Program-made: the position numbers and the translations under genes
Part shown: piece after piece, positions 28,191 through 37,356 of the stretch
Numbering within the stretch: the first letter of the stretch is position 1
How the letters are laid out: each line of letters begins with the position of its first letter
From: Planctomycetota bacterium
Lineage (GTDB): Bacteria > Planctomycetota > UBA8108 > SXIK01
Direction: 5' to 3'
Assembly: GCA_965223845.1 (NCBI GenBank)
Contig: CBDCXR010000004.1
Location: 6,368,001-6,432,000, forward strand
DNA length: 64,000 bases
Notes under the pieces: model-generated
Told to the model about the DNA's origin: nothing
The model's input: the letters and a program-made list of their open reading frames with translations, nothing else
The model's database searches: none

Positions 28191-28330
28191 GCTTGCGCTC
28201 CCTGGTGATCTTCGGAGAAGCACGGCGACGTGCGACCGGGCGGCGCGAGCCGCTCGCGGCGCGGCCTATCGTAGAGCGGTTCGTTCGCGTGGGCCAGGGC
28301 GCGTTCGGCGGGATCGCAGGAGCGGCCGGA

Positions 28331-28377
28331 ACGAAGAACGGGCCACGCACCCGCTGGGTTCGTGGCCCGTTCTTCGT
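28331..28377. terminator. Long hairpin, probable intrinsic terminator for the minus-strand lipoprotein gene
   Basis: Perfect 17-bp inverted repeat ACGAAGAACGGGCCACG / CGTGGCCCGTTCTTCGT plus inner ACCC/GGGT stem, about 50 bp downstream of the stop at 28427. Confidence 0.65.
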
Positions 28378-28426
28378 GGTTTCGCGTTTCGCCGCGGAGT
28401 CGAGTCGGAGAAACCTTGGAGGCGAC

Positions 28427-30076
28427 TCAGAACCGGACGGGGAACGCGGCGTAGTCGAGAGGCATCTCGAGCAGCGAGACCGACTGGGAATCGAACACGC
28501 GAACGTTGTTCTCGTCGAGCGGCAACACCAGCGTCAGCTCGGAGAGCGCATCGAACGTCACCGCGATCAAGTCGCTTCGCCGCTGCACGACGGTGACGTT
28601 GCCGGTGAGGTAGTTGACGCCGAGGAGTCGATCGCGCCCGCGGTCGAAGAGAAGGCGCGTATCGCGCACGTCGGAAAACGCGGGCCGGAAGCTCGGTTCG
28701 AAGGTGCTCCCGCCCTCGTTCCCCTTCGGGTCGAATGCGTTCGCGAAATTGTTCGACGGAACACAGACGTCCATATTCCGCGTCGCGCGGTCGGACGGAT
28801 CGATCGGGTCGGGTTTCGAATAGTCGTAGCAGAGGACGTTGTTCGTTTCTTCCTCGACGATCCAGACTTCCGTCTTCGACGGATGGAGAAACGCGGAGCC
28901 CATGGTGAACGGGCCGGTCGCGTTCGTGATCCCCGCCGCGTCTCGGAGAGTCTCGAGGAAGGTCGCTCGACTCACCGCACGGCTGAGGCCGCTTCCGGTG
29001 ATGTCCTCGCCCCCGAGTCGGACGACTCGCACGCGGAAGAAATTGAACGTCGCGGCGTCATAAAAGAGAGCGCTCCCATCCGACGGGATCAGAACCGGCT
29101 GAAACTCGTCGATGCGGACGTCCTGATTCGCCGTGATCTGGACGGAAATGTCGCGGAAAGTGAGGAAGGGCTGGCGCGGGCTCGCGGGGTTCGACGGATC
29201 CGTGAGGAACGTCCGGATGCTGCCGCGGATCACCGGCGTCGGGATGAGGTCGTAGTCCGACGCCGAAATCACGTTGAGGTCCCAGTCGCGGATCACCATG
29301 TCTTCTTCGATCTCGAGGAGCTGAACCGCCTTCAGTGTCTCGAAGAAGAGGAGCACTCGATTCGGCTCGATCTCGAACATCCGCGAGACGACGTTCGCCC
29401 CCGCGTCCTCGACGAGGTCTTCGTTCGTGATCGCCACGCTGAGCACGAGCCCGTTGCCGTTCCCGAAGTTCTCATCCTGAACGCCGGACGCACGGTAGCC
29501 GAGTCGACGCGGTGTGCCGAGATCGTCGACCACGTCCACCGGATCGACGGGCTTGAAACCGATGATGTTCCGCGTGTTCGCGTCGAACGCGAGGATCCAC
29601 CCGTTCTTCAGCTGGATCGGAGGAACGGTGGACGAGAGACCGGACTGCGGCGCGATCTGGGCGTCGTTGAGGCCGGTCGCGCTGTAGTGAAGCTTCACCG
29701 GATCGGCGTTCGCTCCAAAACAATCGTCTTCGGTACGGCAGAGATTGACGCCGATGATCGATCGGCTCTGACCGTCGTAGACGAGCGCGGTGTCGTCGGA
29801 TGTGAAATGGCCGATCACGCGCGCGTCCGCTTGCCGCTCGCGGACATCATTCGCGAGCTGGTCGGGGTCGATCACCGACAAGACGTCGACCTTATCGAGC
29901 AAGGTGCGGAGGCCGCCTTCCCCGTTGCTGTTGGCGGCCGGAACGATCGGGGCGACGAACAGGTCCGAGGAAACCTGCCGGCTCCGGTTGTTGTTGTCGC
30001 ACGCGGCGAATGCCAACGCCGTCAGGCACAGGGCAAGAGGCGCGAAACGACGTCCACGCATGGCTTGAGTACCCAT
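28427..30076 (-). CDS. Hypothetical lipoprotein, beta-rich (possible beta-propeller)
   Basis: Lipobox LAFAA-C follows a basic/hydrophobic signal (MRGRRFAPLALCLTAL). ATG at 30076 or 30061. Codon pattern looks native; no family recognised. Confidence 0.7.
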   Translation of the reverse strand: MGTQAMRGRRFAPLALCLTALAFAACDNNNRSRQVSSDLFVAPIVPAANSNGEGGLRTLLDKVDVLSVIDPDQLANDVRERQADARVIGHFTSDDTALVYDGQSRSIIGVNLCRTEDDCFGANADPVKLHYSATGLNDAQIAPQSGLSSTVPPIQLKNGWILAFDANTRNIIGFKPVDPVDVVDDLGTPRRLGYRASGVQDENFGNGNGLVLSVAITNEDLVEDAGANVVSRMFEIEPNRVLLFFETLKAVQLLEIEEDMVIRDWDLNVISASDYDLIPTPVIRGSIRTFLTDPSNPASPRQPFLTFRDISVQITANQDVRIDEFQPVLIPSDGSALFYDAATFNFFRVRVVRLGGEDITGSGLSRAVSRATFLETLRDAAGITNATGPFTMGSAFLHPSKTEVWIVEEETNNVLCYDYSKPDPIDPSDRATRNMDVCVPSNNFANAFDPKGNEGGSTFEPSFRPAFSDVRDTRLLFDRGRDRLLGVNYLTGNVTVVQRRSDLIAVTFDALSELTLVLPLDENNVRVFDSQSVSLLEMPLDYAAFPVRF

Positions 30077-30443
30077 TCCCAATTCACCTTTCCACGGAGC
30101 GACCCTCCGCTCCGATGGGCACAAGCTCGCACGCGACGAGCACGCTCAGTAGAGCGGGGCGAAGAATCAACTACAGTTGTATGAACGCTTTATGGAGCCT
30201 TCGGTGGGGGGGAAATCCACGCCCTGAAGCGCATTTCTCGCGCACCGAGTCGAAGGAAGGTAGACGTCGATTCTACTGGCTCGAAAGAACGCTTTTCAAC
30301 TCGTTTCCGCGCGGGGATTGGCCTGCCGCGGAGCCGCTCGATTCGTTCGATGTTCGAGTCCTAAGGCGAGGTTGACGAAACCTCGTCCCCGCGGGCGGAC
30401 GCGGCCGGATGGAGCGCGAGTGGATCGACGATCCTCTCCTCGA

Positions 30444-31949
30444 TCACCCGCTGCCGTGGAGCGCGGCTAGATAGAGGGGGCCGGGCAGGCTCGCGTTCCA
30501 CCTCGGCTCGTGGCCGATCTCTACTCGAAGAGAGGCGCCGACGAGCCGCTCCCAGCGCTCCGTGACGAGGCGGCCGAAGCCGGGAATTCGCCAGCCGCTA
30601 CCTTCGACGGCGAGAAGATCCGGGCGACCTCGCCCGCCGCGCCCGAAGCCCCGACGCACGGTGACCGCCGCGAGGACGAGCGCCGCGTGAGCTGCCGCAC
30701 GTTCGGCGACGACCTCGGCCGCGAGCCGGACGTCTCGCGCTTCGTCCTCACGAAGCTTCGCCGCGGGGAACGCGTCTGCGATTGCGCGTGCGTTCGGTGC
30801 CGAGCGGATTCGCGAGATTTCCGGTCCCGCCGGTGCTCGGCCGCAGGCGCTCACGAGACGCGAGTAGAGAGAGCCGTCGATGCGTTCGGCGATCACGGCG
30901 CGGAGCTGGGCCTCGAGCGCGTGCCCCCCGCCGAGGACGTTGTGCTCGAGCGGGTGAGAGTGCGCCGGAGCGGTGTCGAGATCGCTCTGCGTCGCCGCGA
31001 GCGCGATCCCTCCGATCTCGTAATTGACGACGAAGTGCTGCGGCGCGGGAAGCTCTCGGGCGCCGGGCGATTCACCGGCGCGAAGTCGGCGAGGCTCGTA
31101 GCCGTCGTCGTCCGCGGTCGCGACCACTCCAGATCTTCGCACGGCGTACGGTTCCGCGAGCGCGAAGTTCGTTCCCGTGCCGAGGATGAACAGTCCGATC
31201 TGGTCGTATGCGGTCTGGTACGCCTCGGTGAGGAAATAGTGGAGCGCCATCGCGCCGTCGTTCGAGACGGTTACGCGGGGTGGCGTCCAGCGTGCGAGCC
31301 GTTCAAACGCGGTCGTAAAGAGGCGGCCGACGAGTCGGTCGACGATGTCGGTGAACGACTTTTGACTCTTCTTCATCTCGGTCGTGCGCGCGGTCACGCC
31401 GCCGAGCACACGATCACTCAGTCGGAGCACGCGATGGGGAAAGCACCAGCTGAGGAGGAGTCCGCTCGCGCGCGAGAGCTCCGAGCGCGACTCGCCGAGG
31501 ACGGCGAGTGTCCGTTCGGCGATCGTCTCGATCATCGCTTCTCCGCTCGCGGTATCGGCGGGCGTGGGCGTCGCGAACTCGAGCCGGCGCTTTACGGCTT
31601 CGACCCGATCGGAACCGGCGACACGCCGCCCGTTCGCGTCGATGATTTCGAGCTCTCCGCTCTCGAGTCGCATCAACCCGACTCCCGTGCGAGTTCCTCC
31701 CACCGAGATCACGAGCGAGAGATCCGCACTCGGATTGGCGATCGGCCGGGGAAGCGGCAGGCCCGTCCACAGCATCGGCGGCGCGACACCGTCGTCGTCC
31801 ATCGCACTCGCGATGCGCGCGACGTCGCTCCGGAGGCGTTCGATCGTCGCGGGGCGGTCGAAGTCGAGAACGAATCGATCGCGTTCGAGATGTTCGCGGA
31901 TCGCGCGGTGGCGCGCGGAGGAGCCGTTGTCCGTCGCCATCGAATTCAC
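30444..31949 (-). CDS. Divergent eukaryote-type hexokinase family protein
   Basis: Ordered motifs ISVGGTR, LSWCFP, VSNDG, FILGTGTN, VNYEIGG, LEHNVLGG, ERAAAHAA and VEGS match hexokinase DLGGTN, FTFSFP, VNDT, ILGTGTN, INxEWG, FEKMISG, RAARL and DGS. Start is GTG31949 (GTGA overlap with the macrodomain stop) or ATG31940. Confidence 0.75.
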   Translation of the reverse strand: MNSMATDNGSSARHRAIREHLERDRFVLDFDRPATIERLRSDVARIASAMDDDGVAPPMLWTGLPLPRPIANPSADLSLVISVGGTRTGVGLMRLESGELEIIDANGRRVAGSDRVEAVKRRLEFATPTPADTASGEAMIETIAERTLAVLGESRSELSRASGLLLSWCFPHRVLRLSDRVLGGVTARTTEMKKSQKSFTDIVDRLVGRLFTTAFERLARWTPPRVTVSNDGAMALHYFLTEAYQTAYDQIGLFILGTGTNFALAEPYAVRRSGVVATADDDGYEPRRLRAGESPGARELPAPQHFVVNYEIGGIALAATQSDLDTAPAHSHPLEHNVLGGGHALEAQLRAVIAERIDGSLYSRLVSACGRAPAGPEISRIRSAPNARAIADAFPAAKLREDEARDVRLAAEVVAERAAAHAALVLAAVTVRRGFGRGGRGRPDLLAVEGSGWRIPGFGRLVTERWERLVGASLRVEIGHEPRWNASLPGPLYLAALHGSG

Positions 31950-32521
31950 CGCCGATCCTCGACCGGACTCCCGCGCGACGATCCGAACAGATCGGCAAAG
32001 GCACGGGTGTACGCCTCGAGGTCCTCCTCGGAGAAGAGAACCATGCGGACCTCGTCGTACGTCCACTCGGCGAGCCCGTCGGCGACGGCGCGCAGGGCCA
32101 CCCGGCTCGCCGCCGCGATGGGATAGCGGTACGCGCCAGTCGAGATCGACGGGAACGCGACGGTTCGCGCGCCTTCGGTGGCGCCGACGCGGAGCGAGTT
32201 CTGGTAGGCGGAGCGAAGGAGCCCTTCTTCGCCTTGCTCGCCGCCGCGCCAAACGGGCCCGACGGCGTGGATCACCCACCGGGCGGGGAGATCGCCGGCG
32301 CCGGTGACGACGGCCTCGCCCGTCGGGCATCCACCCCGACGAGTGCGGATGCGCTCGCAGTCCGCGAGAATCGACGGACCACCGCGCCGGTGAATCGCGC
32401 CGTCGACTCCACCGCCGCCGAGGAGTCCCGAGTTTGCCGCGTTCACGATCGCGTCGACCGCTTGTTCGGTGATGTCGCCACGGAGGACGCGCACGCGGCA
32501 GCCAGCAATTGTTTGTTCCAT
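31946..32521 (-). CDS. ymdB: Macrodomain protein, O-acetyl-ADP-ribose deacetylase (YmdB/MacroD type)
   Basis: Motifs GDITEQAVDAIVNAANSGLLGGGGVDGAIH, VIHAVGP, AFPSISTGAYRYP. Confidence 0.93.
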   Translation of the reverse strand: MEQTIAGCRVRVLRGDITEQAVDAIVNAANSGLLGGGGVDGAIHRRGGPSILADCERIRTRRGGCPTGEAVVTGAGDLPARWVIHAVGPVWRGGEQGEEGLLRSAYQNSLRVGATEGARTVAFPSISTGAYRYPIAAASRVALRAVADGLAEWTYDEVRMVLFSEEDLEAYTRAFADLFGSSRGSPVEDRR

Positions 32522-32794
32522 GTGTGGGTTCTCGAAGACGCACGCGGACGAAAGACACCGTCCGGCGAAGCTCGCCATCCTACCGGACGGCGACTCTGCC
32601 GGCATGCGCGACGCGTCGCAATTCCCTCTGCGTCCTTCCGGCCGCGTTACGGTTGCGAGTCCACTCAATGGATCGGTTGCGCGCGGCCGATGTAGTCATA
32701 GGGTCTCTCGGGGTGGAAACGATCACGAACACTAACAAGAGCTTGAATTCTCGGTCGGCGGACGTCGGCGCTCGACGCCTCACTTTTCCGGAAC

Positions 32795-32806
32795 GTTCGC
32801 TATAAT
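32795..32806 (+). promoter_or_regulatory. Candidate sigma70 -10 element (TATAAT at 32801-32806) for the gene at 33024
   Basis: Perfect TATAAT in a high-GC divergent intergenic region. No convincing -35 element. Confidence 0.35.
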
Positions 32807-33023
32807 CGAGGGTGCGCCGCGCGACGGGTCTCGCGTGCGCTTTTTTGACAACGAGGATGACGTTTCGTCCCGCTCGAGTCGTTCGTCGCTCGAACGACTG
32901 ACGAGTTCAGGGCGAGCCGCGACTCACGCGGCGCACCGGACGATCTCCGGTGCCCCGGACCGTCGAGTGCGTCTCGCCCCGGTGGCGATTTCGACGGAAA
33001 ACGAAGAAGAAGGAGGGAGATGC

Positions 33024-33998
33024 ATGAGGGCTCATTCGGGACTGCGAATGCGCGCCGCCGGAGAGGAGTTCCGACGCGCGGAGCGGCGTCTCGCTCACTT
33101 CCTGAACTCGCTTGCGCTGCTCGTCGCCCTGCCGCTCGCGGTCAGCGCCCAGGAAAACGAGGTCCTGCCGGCCCCGAGCGACGTCGCCGTTTGCCAGATC
33201 GATTACGGCGACTCCGCCGCGGTCGAGATCTCGTGGGGCAATCCGGAGATGTACGAGGTCGTCGAGTTTGCGATCGACGGCGAGCTCGTTCCCGCGGAGA
33301 GCGCGATCAGCGACGGCGCCGACGGCGTCGGAATCGTTCCCGCGCCGTTTGGGCTCCACGAGTTCGGCGTACGCGGGCGAGTGGGAAACTCGATCTCCCC
33401 GTGGACGGTTGCCGAGTTTCTCGTGCTCGAGGAAAGTCCCGTTCCCGAACCGATCGTCGAGCTCGACTGCGAGTTCATCCCGGTGATGGGCGGCATGGTT
33501 CAGGTCACGTGGATGGCCGGCGCGGACGCGTGGGAGCTCGGACGCGTCGGGTTCGTCGGGGCGAACGGTTACGTGCGCGTCGAGAAGGATGAGACCGCCG
33601 CCGAGCTGCTCACGTTCTCGACGGATGCGGAGCCCGAAGTGTTCGCGATGTTCAAGAATGCGGACGGCTACTTCTCGCCGCGGTTCACCGTTCCGTGTGA
33701 GCAGCGGACGCCGCGTTTTCGTCGGGGCGACTGTGACTCCAGCGGCGGGATCAACATCACCGACGCGATTTTCAATCTGAACCACCTCTTCGTCGAAGGC
33801 CCGCGTGGATTCTGCGACGACGCCTGCGATTCGAACGACGACGGAGTGATCAACCTCGCCGACTCGCTCGCGACGCTCGAATACCTCTTCCGCGGCGGAT
33901 CTCCGCCTCCGATTCCCGGGCCGATCGACTGCGGGATCGACGAAACGGAGGACTTGCTCGGTGGGATTTGCTTTTGCCCGAGCGCGGGGGGCGTCTAG
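33024..33998 (+). CDS. Exported hypothetical protein with Ig/FN3-like region and C-terminal dockerin-like (double EF-hand) domain
   Basis: RBS GGAGGGAG precedes ATG33024. Signal LALLVALPLAVSA-QE. C-terminus FRRGDCDSSGGINITDAI..CDDACDSNDDGVINLADS. Confidence 0.78.
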   Translation: MRAHSGLRMRAAGEEFRRAERRLAHFLNSLALLVALPLAVSAQENEVLPAPSDVAVCQIDYGDSAAVEISWGNPEMYEVVEFAIDGELVPAESAISDGADGVGIVPAPFGLHEFGVRGRVGNSISPWTVAEFLVLEESPVPEPIVELDCEFIPVMGGMVQVTWMAGADAWELGRVGFVGANGYVRVEKDETAAELLTFSTDAEPEVFAMFKNADGYFSPRFTVPCEQRTPRFRRGDCDSSGGINITDAIFNLNHLFVEGPRGFCDDACDSNDDGVINLADSLATLEYLFRGGSPPPIPGPIDCGIDETEDLLGGICFCPSAGGV

Positions 33999-34025
33999 GG
34001 CGTTCGCACGCACTCACAAGAGAGA

Positions 34026-34066
34026 TTCACACGAAGAGCGCGAAGGGGACGCGAAGGAAGACGAAG
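34026..34066 (+). repeat. Dispersed repeat TTCACACGAAGAGCGCGAAGG..GCGAAGGAAGACGAAG (same family as 39760-39802 and 40198-40239)
   Basis: Direct sequence match to both arms of the palindrome at 39760-40239. Confidence 0.75.
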
Positions 34067-34103
34067 ACGAGTACGAGAAAACGCGGGAGTTGGGAGCGAG
34101 CGA

Positions 34104-34142
34104 TCGGGTGGCAGGGGTGGAACTAGCGTCCTAGCTACCCGA
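34104..34142. repeat. REP-like GC hairpin
   Basis: TCGGGTGGCAGGG pairs with TCCTAGCTACCCGA (13-bp stem with G-T pairs and one bulge). Confidence 0.45.
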
Positions 34143-34162
34143 GGGCGCAAACGAGGAAGAAG

Positions 34163-34208
34163 ACGGCGAGGAGCGCGGGTGCGCGTCTCCTCGCCGTTTT
34201 TGTTTGTT
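34163..34208 (+). terminator. Rho-independent terminator
   Basis: Stem ACGGCGAGGAG / CTCCTCGCCGT followed by TTTTGTTTGTT. Confidence 0.8.
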
Positions 34209-34325
34209 GTGGACGATCGCGAATCCGCTTGATCGTTTCTCCGCAAAGGAGAATCATCGTGCGCCGGGTGCGGAGTGGGAGCGCGATGACGAGTTTTCCT
34301 TTATCGGGCGACAGAACGGATCAGC

Positions 34326-35750
34326 ATGAACTCGAGCACGGGTGCGGGAACCACGGCGTTCCGCGAAGAGAGTGACACGATGGGCACCGTCAAGGTGCCC
34401 GCGGACCGCTACTGGGGGGCGCAGACACAGCGTTCTCTCGAGAACTTCAAGATCGGGGGCGAGCGACTTCCGTCGCCGCTCATCCGTGCGCTCGGAATCG
34501 TGAAGAAGGCGGCGGCTCGAGCGAACGTCGACCTCGGCACGCTCGACGAACGACTCGGGCGCGCGATCGATCAGGCGGCGGACGAAGTCGTCGCGGGGGA
34601 CCTCGACGCTCAATTCCCGCTCGTCGTGTGGCAGACCGGATCCGGTACGCAGAGCAACATGAACGCGAACGAGGTGATCTCGAACCGCGCGATCGAGCTC
34701 CTCGGGGGCGAGATCGGCTCGAAGGATCCGGTCCACCCGAACGATCACTGCAATCGCAGTCAATCCTCGAACGATACCTTTCCGACGGCGATGCACATCG
34801 CGGCCGTCGAGGAGCTCGAGCGCCGCCTCCTCCCGTCGCTGCGGACTCTTCTGAAAACCTTCGAGGAGAAAGCGCGGGCGTTCGACGAAATCATCAAGCT
34901 CGGGCGGACGCATCTTCAGGACGCGACCCCGCTCACGCTCGGTCAGGAGTTCTCGGGATACGCGCGTCAGATCGCAAACGGAATCGAGCGCGTCGTGGCG
35001 AGCCAGCCGCGCCTCCTCGAGCTCGCGCAGGGTGGAACGGCCGTGGGGACGGGACTCAACGCTCCGGTCGGATTCGCGGAAAAGTTCGCGGGCGAGGTCG
35101 CGACGATCACCGGCCTCCCGTTTGTCACCGCGCCGAACAAATTCGAGGGACTCGCGGCGCACGACGCACTCGTCGAGCTGTCCGGTTCCTTGAATACGGT
35201 CGCCGCGAGTCTCCACAAGATCGCGAACGACCTCCGGCTCCTCGGCTCGGGACCTCGCTGTGGCCTCGGGGAGCTGCGTCTCCCCGCGAACGAACCGGGG
35301 TCCTCCATCATGCCGGGGAAGGTGAACCCGACACAGTGCGAGGCGCTGACGATGGTCTGCGCTCAAGTGATGGGGAATCACGTCGCGGTGACGGTCGCGG
35401 GCGCGTGCGGTCACCTCGAGCTAAACGTCTACAAGCCCGTCATCATCTACAACGTGCTGCAGTCGATTCGCCTTATCGCCGACGGCGCGGCGAGCTTTAC
35501 GGAGAAGTGTCTCGTCGGAGTCGAGCCGAACCGCGAGCGGATCGATCAGCTCATGCGCGATTCGCTGATGCTCGTCACGGCGCTCAATCCGCACATCGGC
35601 TACGACAACGCGGCGAAGGTCGCGAAGAAGGCATTTGCAGACGGGAGCTCGCTCAAGGAAGCGGCGGTCGCGCTCGGATTGCTCACGGAAGAGCAGTTCG
35701 ACGAGTGGGTGCGGCCGGAGCGAATGACGGGGCCAAGCGGGGGAGCTTAG
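34326..35750 (+). CDS. fumC: Fumarate hydratase class II
   Basis: Motifs [69 protein letters not shown]. Confidence 0.97.
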   Translation: MNSSTGAGTTAFREESDTMGTVKVPADRYWGAQTQRSLENFKIGGERLPSPLIRALGIVKKAAARANVDLGTLDERLGRAIDQAADEVVAGDLDAQFPLVVWQTGSGTQSNMNANEVISNRAIELLGGEIGSKDPVHPNDHCNRSQSSNDTFPTAMHIAAVEELERRLLPSLRTLLKTFEEKARAFDEIIKLGRTHLQDATPLTLGQEFSGYARQIANGIERVVASQPRLLELAQGGTAVGTGLNAPVGFAEKFAGEVATITGLPFVTAPNKFEGLAAHDALVELSGSLNTVAASLHKIANDLRLLGSGPRCGLGELRLPANEPGSSIMPGKVNPTQCEALTMVCAQVMGNHVAVTVAGACGHLELNVYKPVIIYNVLQSIRLIADGAASFTEKCLVGVEPNRERIDQLMRDSLMLVTALNPHIGYDNAAKVAKKAFADGSSLKEAAVALGLLTEEQFDEWVRPERMTGPSGGA

Positions 35751-35778
35751 CTCGCGCGGTCTTTCTCTCTCGGCGGTC

Positions 35779-36351
35779 TTACTCGAGGCCCTCGTCCATC
35801 TCCCGAGCCAGCCAAGCCCGAGTGTAGCGCCACTCCCGCTCGACCTTGGTCTTCGAGAGCCCGAGGACCGTCGCCACCTCGTCGACCGCGAGGCCCGCGA
35901 AGAAGCGGAGCATCACGATCTTCGCCTTGTCCGGATCTTCGGCTTCGAGCTTCTCGATCGCGTCGTTGAGCGCGAGGACGTCGTCGCAGGGTGCCTCGAT
36001 CGGAACCGCTTCGGCGTCGACGCCCACCCGCTTCCAGTCGCCGCCGCGCTTCGCCGCAGATTTCCGGCGCGCTTGGTCGACGAGGATCTGACGCATGGCG
36101 CGCGCGGCCGCGCCGAAGAAGTGTCCGCGCCCCTCCCAGCCCGGGTCGTTCGTCCCGACGACTCGGACGTAGGCTTCATGGACGAGCGCGGTCGCCTGGA
36201 GGGTCTGTCCCGGTGACTCGCGGCGCATGAGCGCACGACCGAGACGGCGGAGATCGGAGTAAAGAAGCGGCAAGAGCTCGGCGGCGGCCTTGCCGTCGCC
36301 GGACTGTATCGCGCTCCACGTTTGCTTGAGGCGTTCTTCGGAATCGCTCAA
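35779..36351 (-). CDS. ECF-type RNA polymerase sigma factor (TIGR02999/planctomycete type)
   Basis: Motifs LLPLLYSDLRRL, QTLQATALVHEAY, HFFGAAARAMRQILVDQARRK.AAKRGG, LRFFAGL..REWRYTRAWL. TTG36351 follows GAGG. Confidence 0.92.
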   Translation of the reverse strand: MSDSEERLKQTWSAIQSGDGKAAAELLPLLYSDLRRLGRALMRRESPGQTLQATALVHEAYVRVVGTNDPGWEGRGHFFGAAARAMRQILVDQARRKSAAKRGGDWKRVGVDAEAVPIEAPCDDVLALNDAIEKLEAEDPDKAKIVMLRFFAGLAVDEVATVLGLSKTKVEREWRYTRAWLAREMDEGLE

Positions 36352-36538
36352 CGTTTTCCTCGCGTCGTTCGGACGAGGCCAGGCTACCAAAAGAGCGGAG
36401 GGCCACAAGAAGGGAGAGGCCGAGGAGCGCTACGGAGGATGGGGCGAGAGAAAACAAGTGCTTGAGCGCGCCGTCGATCGGCGTAGAGTGGCGGCGTCGG
36501 CGTAGTCTCGTGCAAAGGGTGGCACCGGTGGAACGTCC

Positions 36539-37297
36539 ATGCTGCACCTGATCTTCTGGCTCGGCGTGTACTCGCTCCTACTCCTTGCGATCGCGCAGGC
36601 TTCCGGCGAGCTCGATCGCAGCCGGGTGTTCAAGCTCGCGTTCTTCCCCGCGACGATCGTCGCGGTCTTCGTTCAGATCGTCGCCGCGCTCCTTACCGTG
36701 GGGCGGACCTACCAGATCTCGCTCTTCGCGAGTGGGAAGCCGGCCTTCTGCCTCCAGCCGAAGAAGAAGGTTCCGATTCTAGCCGGCGCGGTGTTCGTGC
36801 TGGTGAGTCACGCTGCGCTCTACGCGCTGTTCCTCGCGTTCGTCACCGTCGGCGAGCGAGAGGCGCAAGTCGAAGTGCGCGAGCTTCATCTGCCGTCGGT
36901 CACGCCGCACGAGCTCGTCGAGGGCCAGATCGACGTCGACCTGCGCGGGTACCTCCGCGGCTTCCCGCGACTTTGGGATGCGGCGAAGGAATCGCCGGTG
37001 TTCTACGGGATCCTCGCCTACATTTTCGTCCCGGCGTTCGCGCTGGTTCGCCTGCAGGGACGCGCGGCGCAGTGGACTGCGACCGTGATGATCGCGCTCG
37101 CGCTCGTCGTCTACACCATGGACTGGTTCGGGCTCGACTACCGCTTCTTCAGCCGCGGCTGGTGGGCCCGGTGGATCTACTTCCCGGGCTGGTGGGCGCT
37201 CTTCTCGCTCTTCGTGACGGGTGCGCTCGCGATGCTCGCGGCGTCGATCGTCCCGGCGTTCGCGCGCTTGTTCGCGCGGAAGAGTGAGAAGGCTTGA
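36539..37297 (+). CDS. Hypothetical integral membrane protein (about 6 TM helices)
   Basis: 252-aa ORF with several long hydrophobic segments; native codon usage. Confidence 0.75.
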   Translation: MLHLIFWLGVYSLLLLAIAQASGELDRSRVFKLAFFPATIVAVFVQIVAALLTVGRTYQISLFASGKPAFCLQPKKKVPILAGAVFVLVSHAALYALFLAFVTVGEREAQVEVRELHLPSVTPHELVEGQIDVDLRGYLRGFPRLWDAAKESPVFYGILAYIFVPAFALVRLQGRAAQWTATVMIALALVVYTMDWFGLDYRFFSRGWWARWIYFPGWWALFSLFVTGALAMLAASIVPAFARLFARKSEKA

Positions 37298-37356
37298 GCC
37301 GGCGAGAGGGAACGGACGAGCCGAGGATTCACCCGCTCCGGGGGCAGATCTAAGAT

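Noticed and set aside
28142-30184. 680-aa plus-strand ORF
   Set aside because: Antisense shadow of the minus-strand lipoprotein, which has the lipobox and terminator.
31950-32558. 704-aa ORF suggesting a long N-terminal domain on the hexokinase
   Set aside because: The extension is an off-frame, Arg/Pro-rich read of the macrodomain gene.
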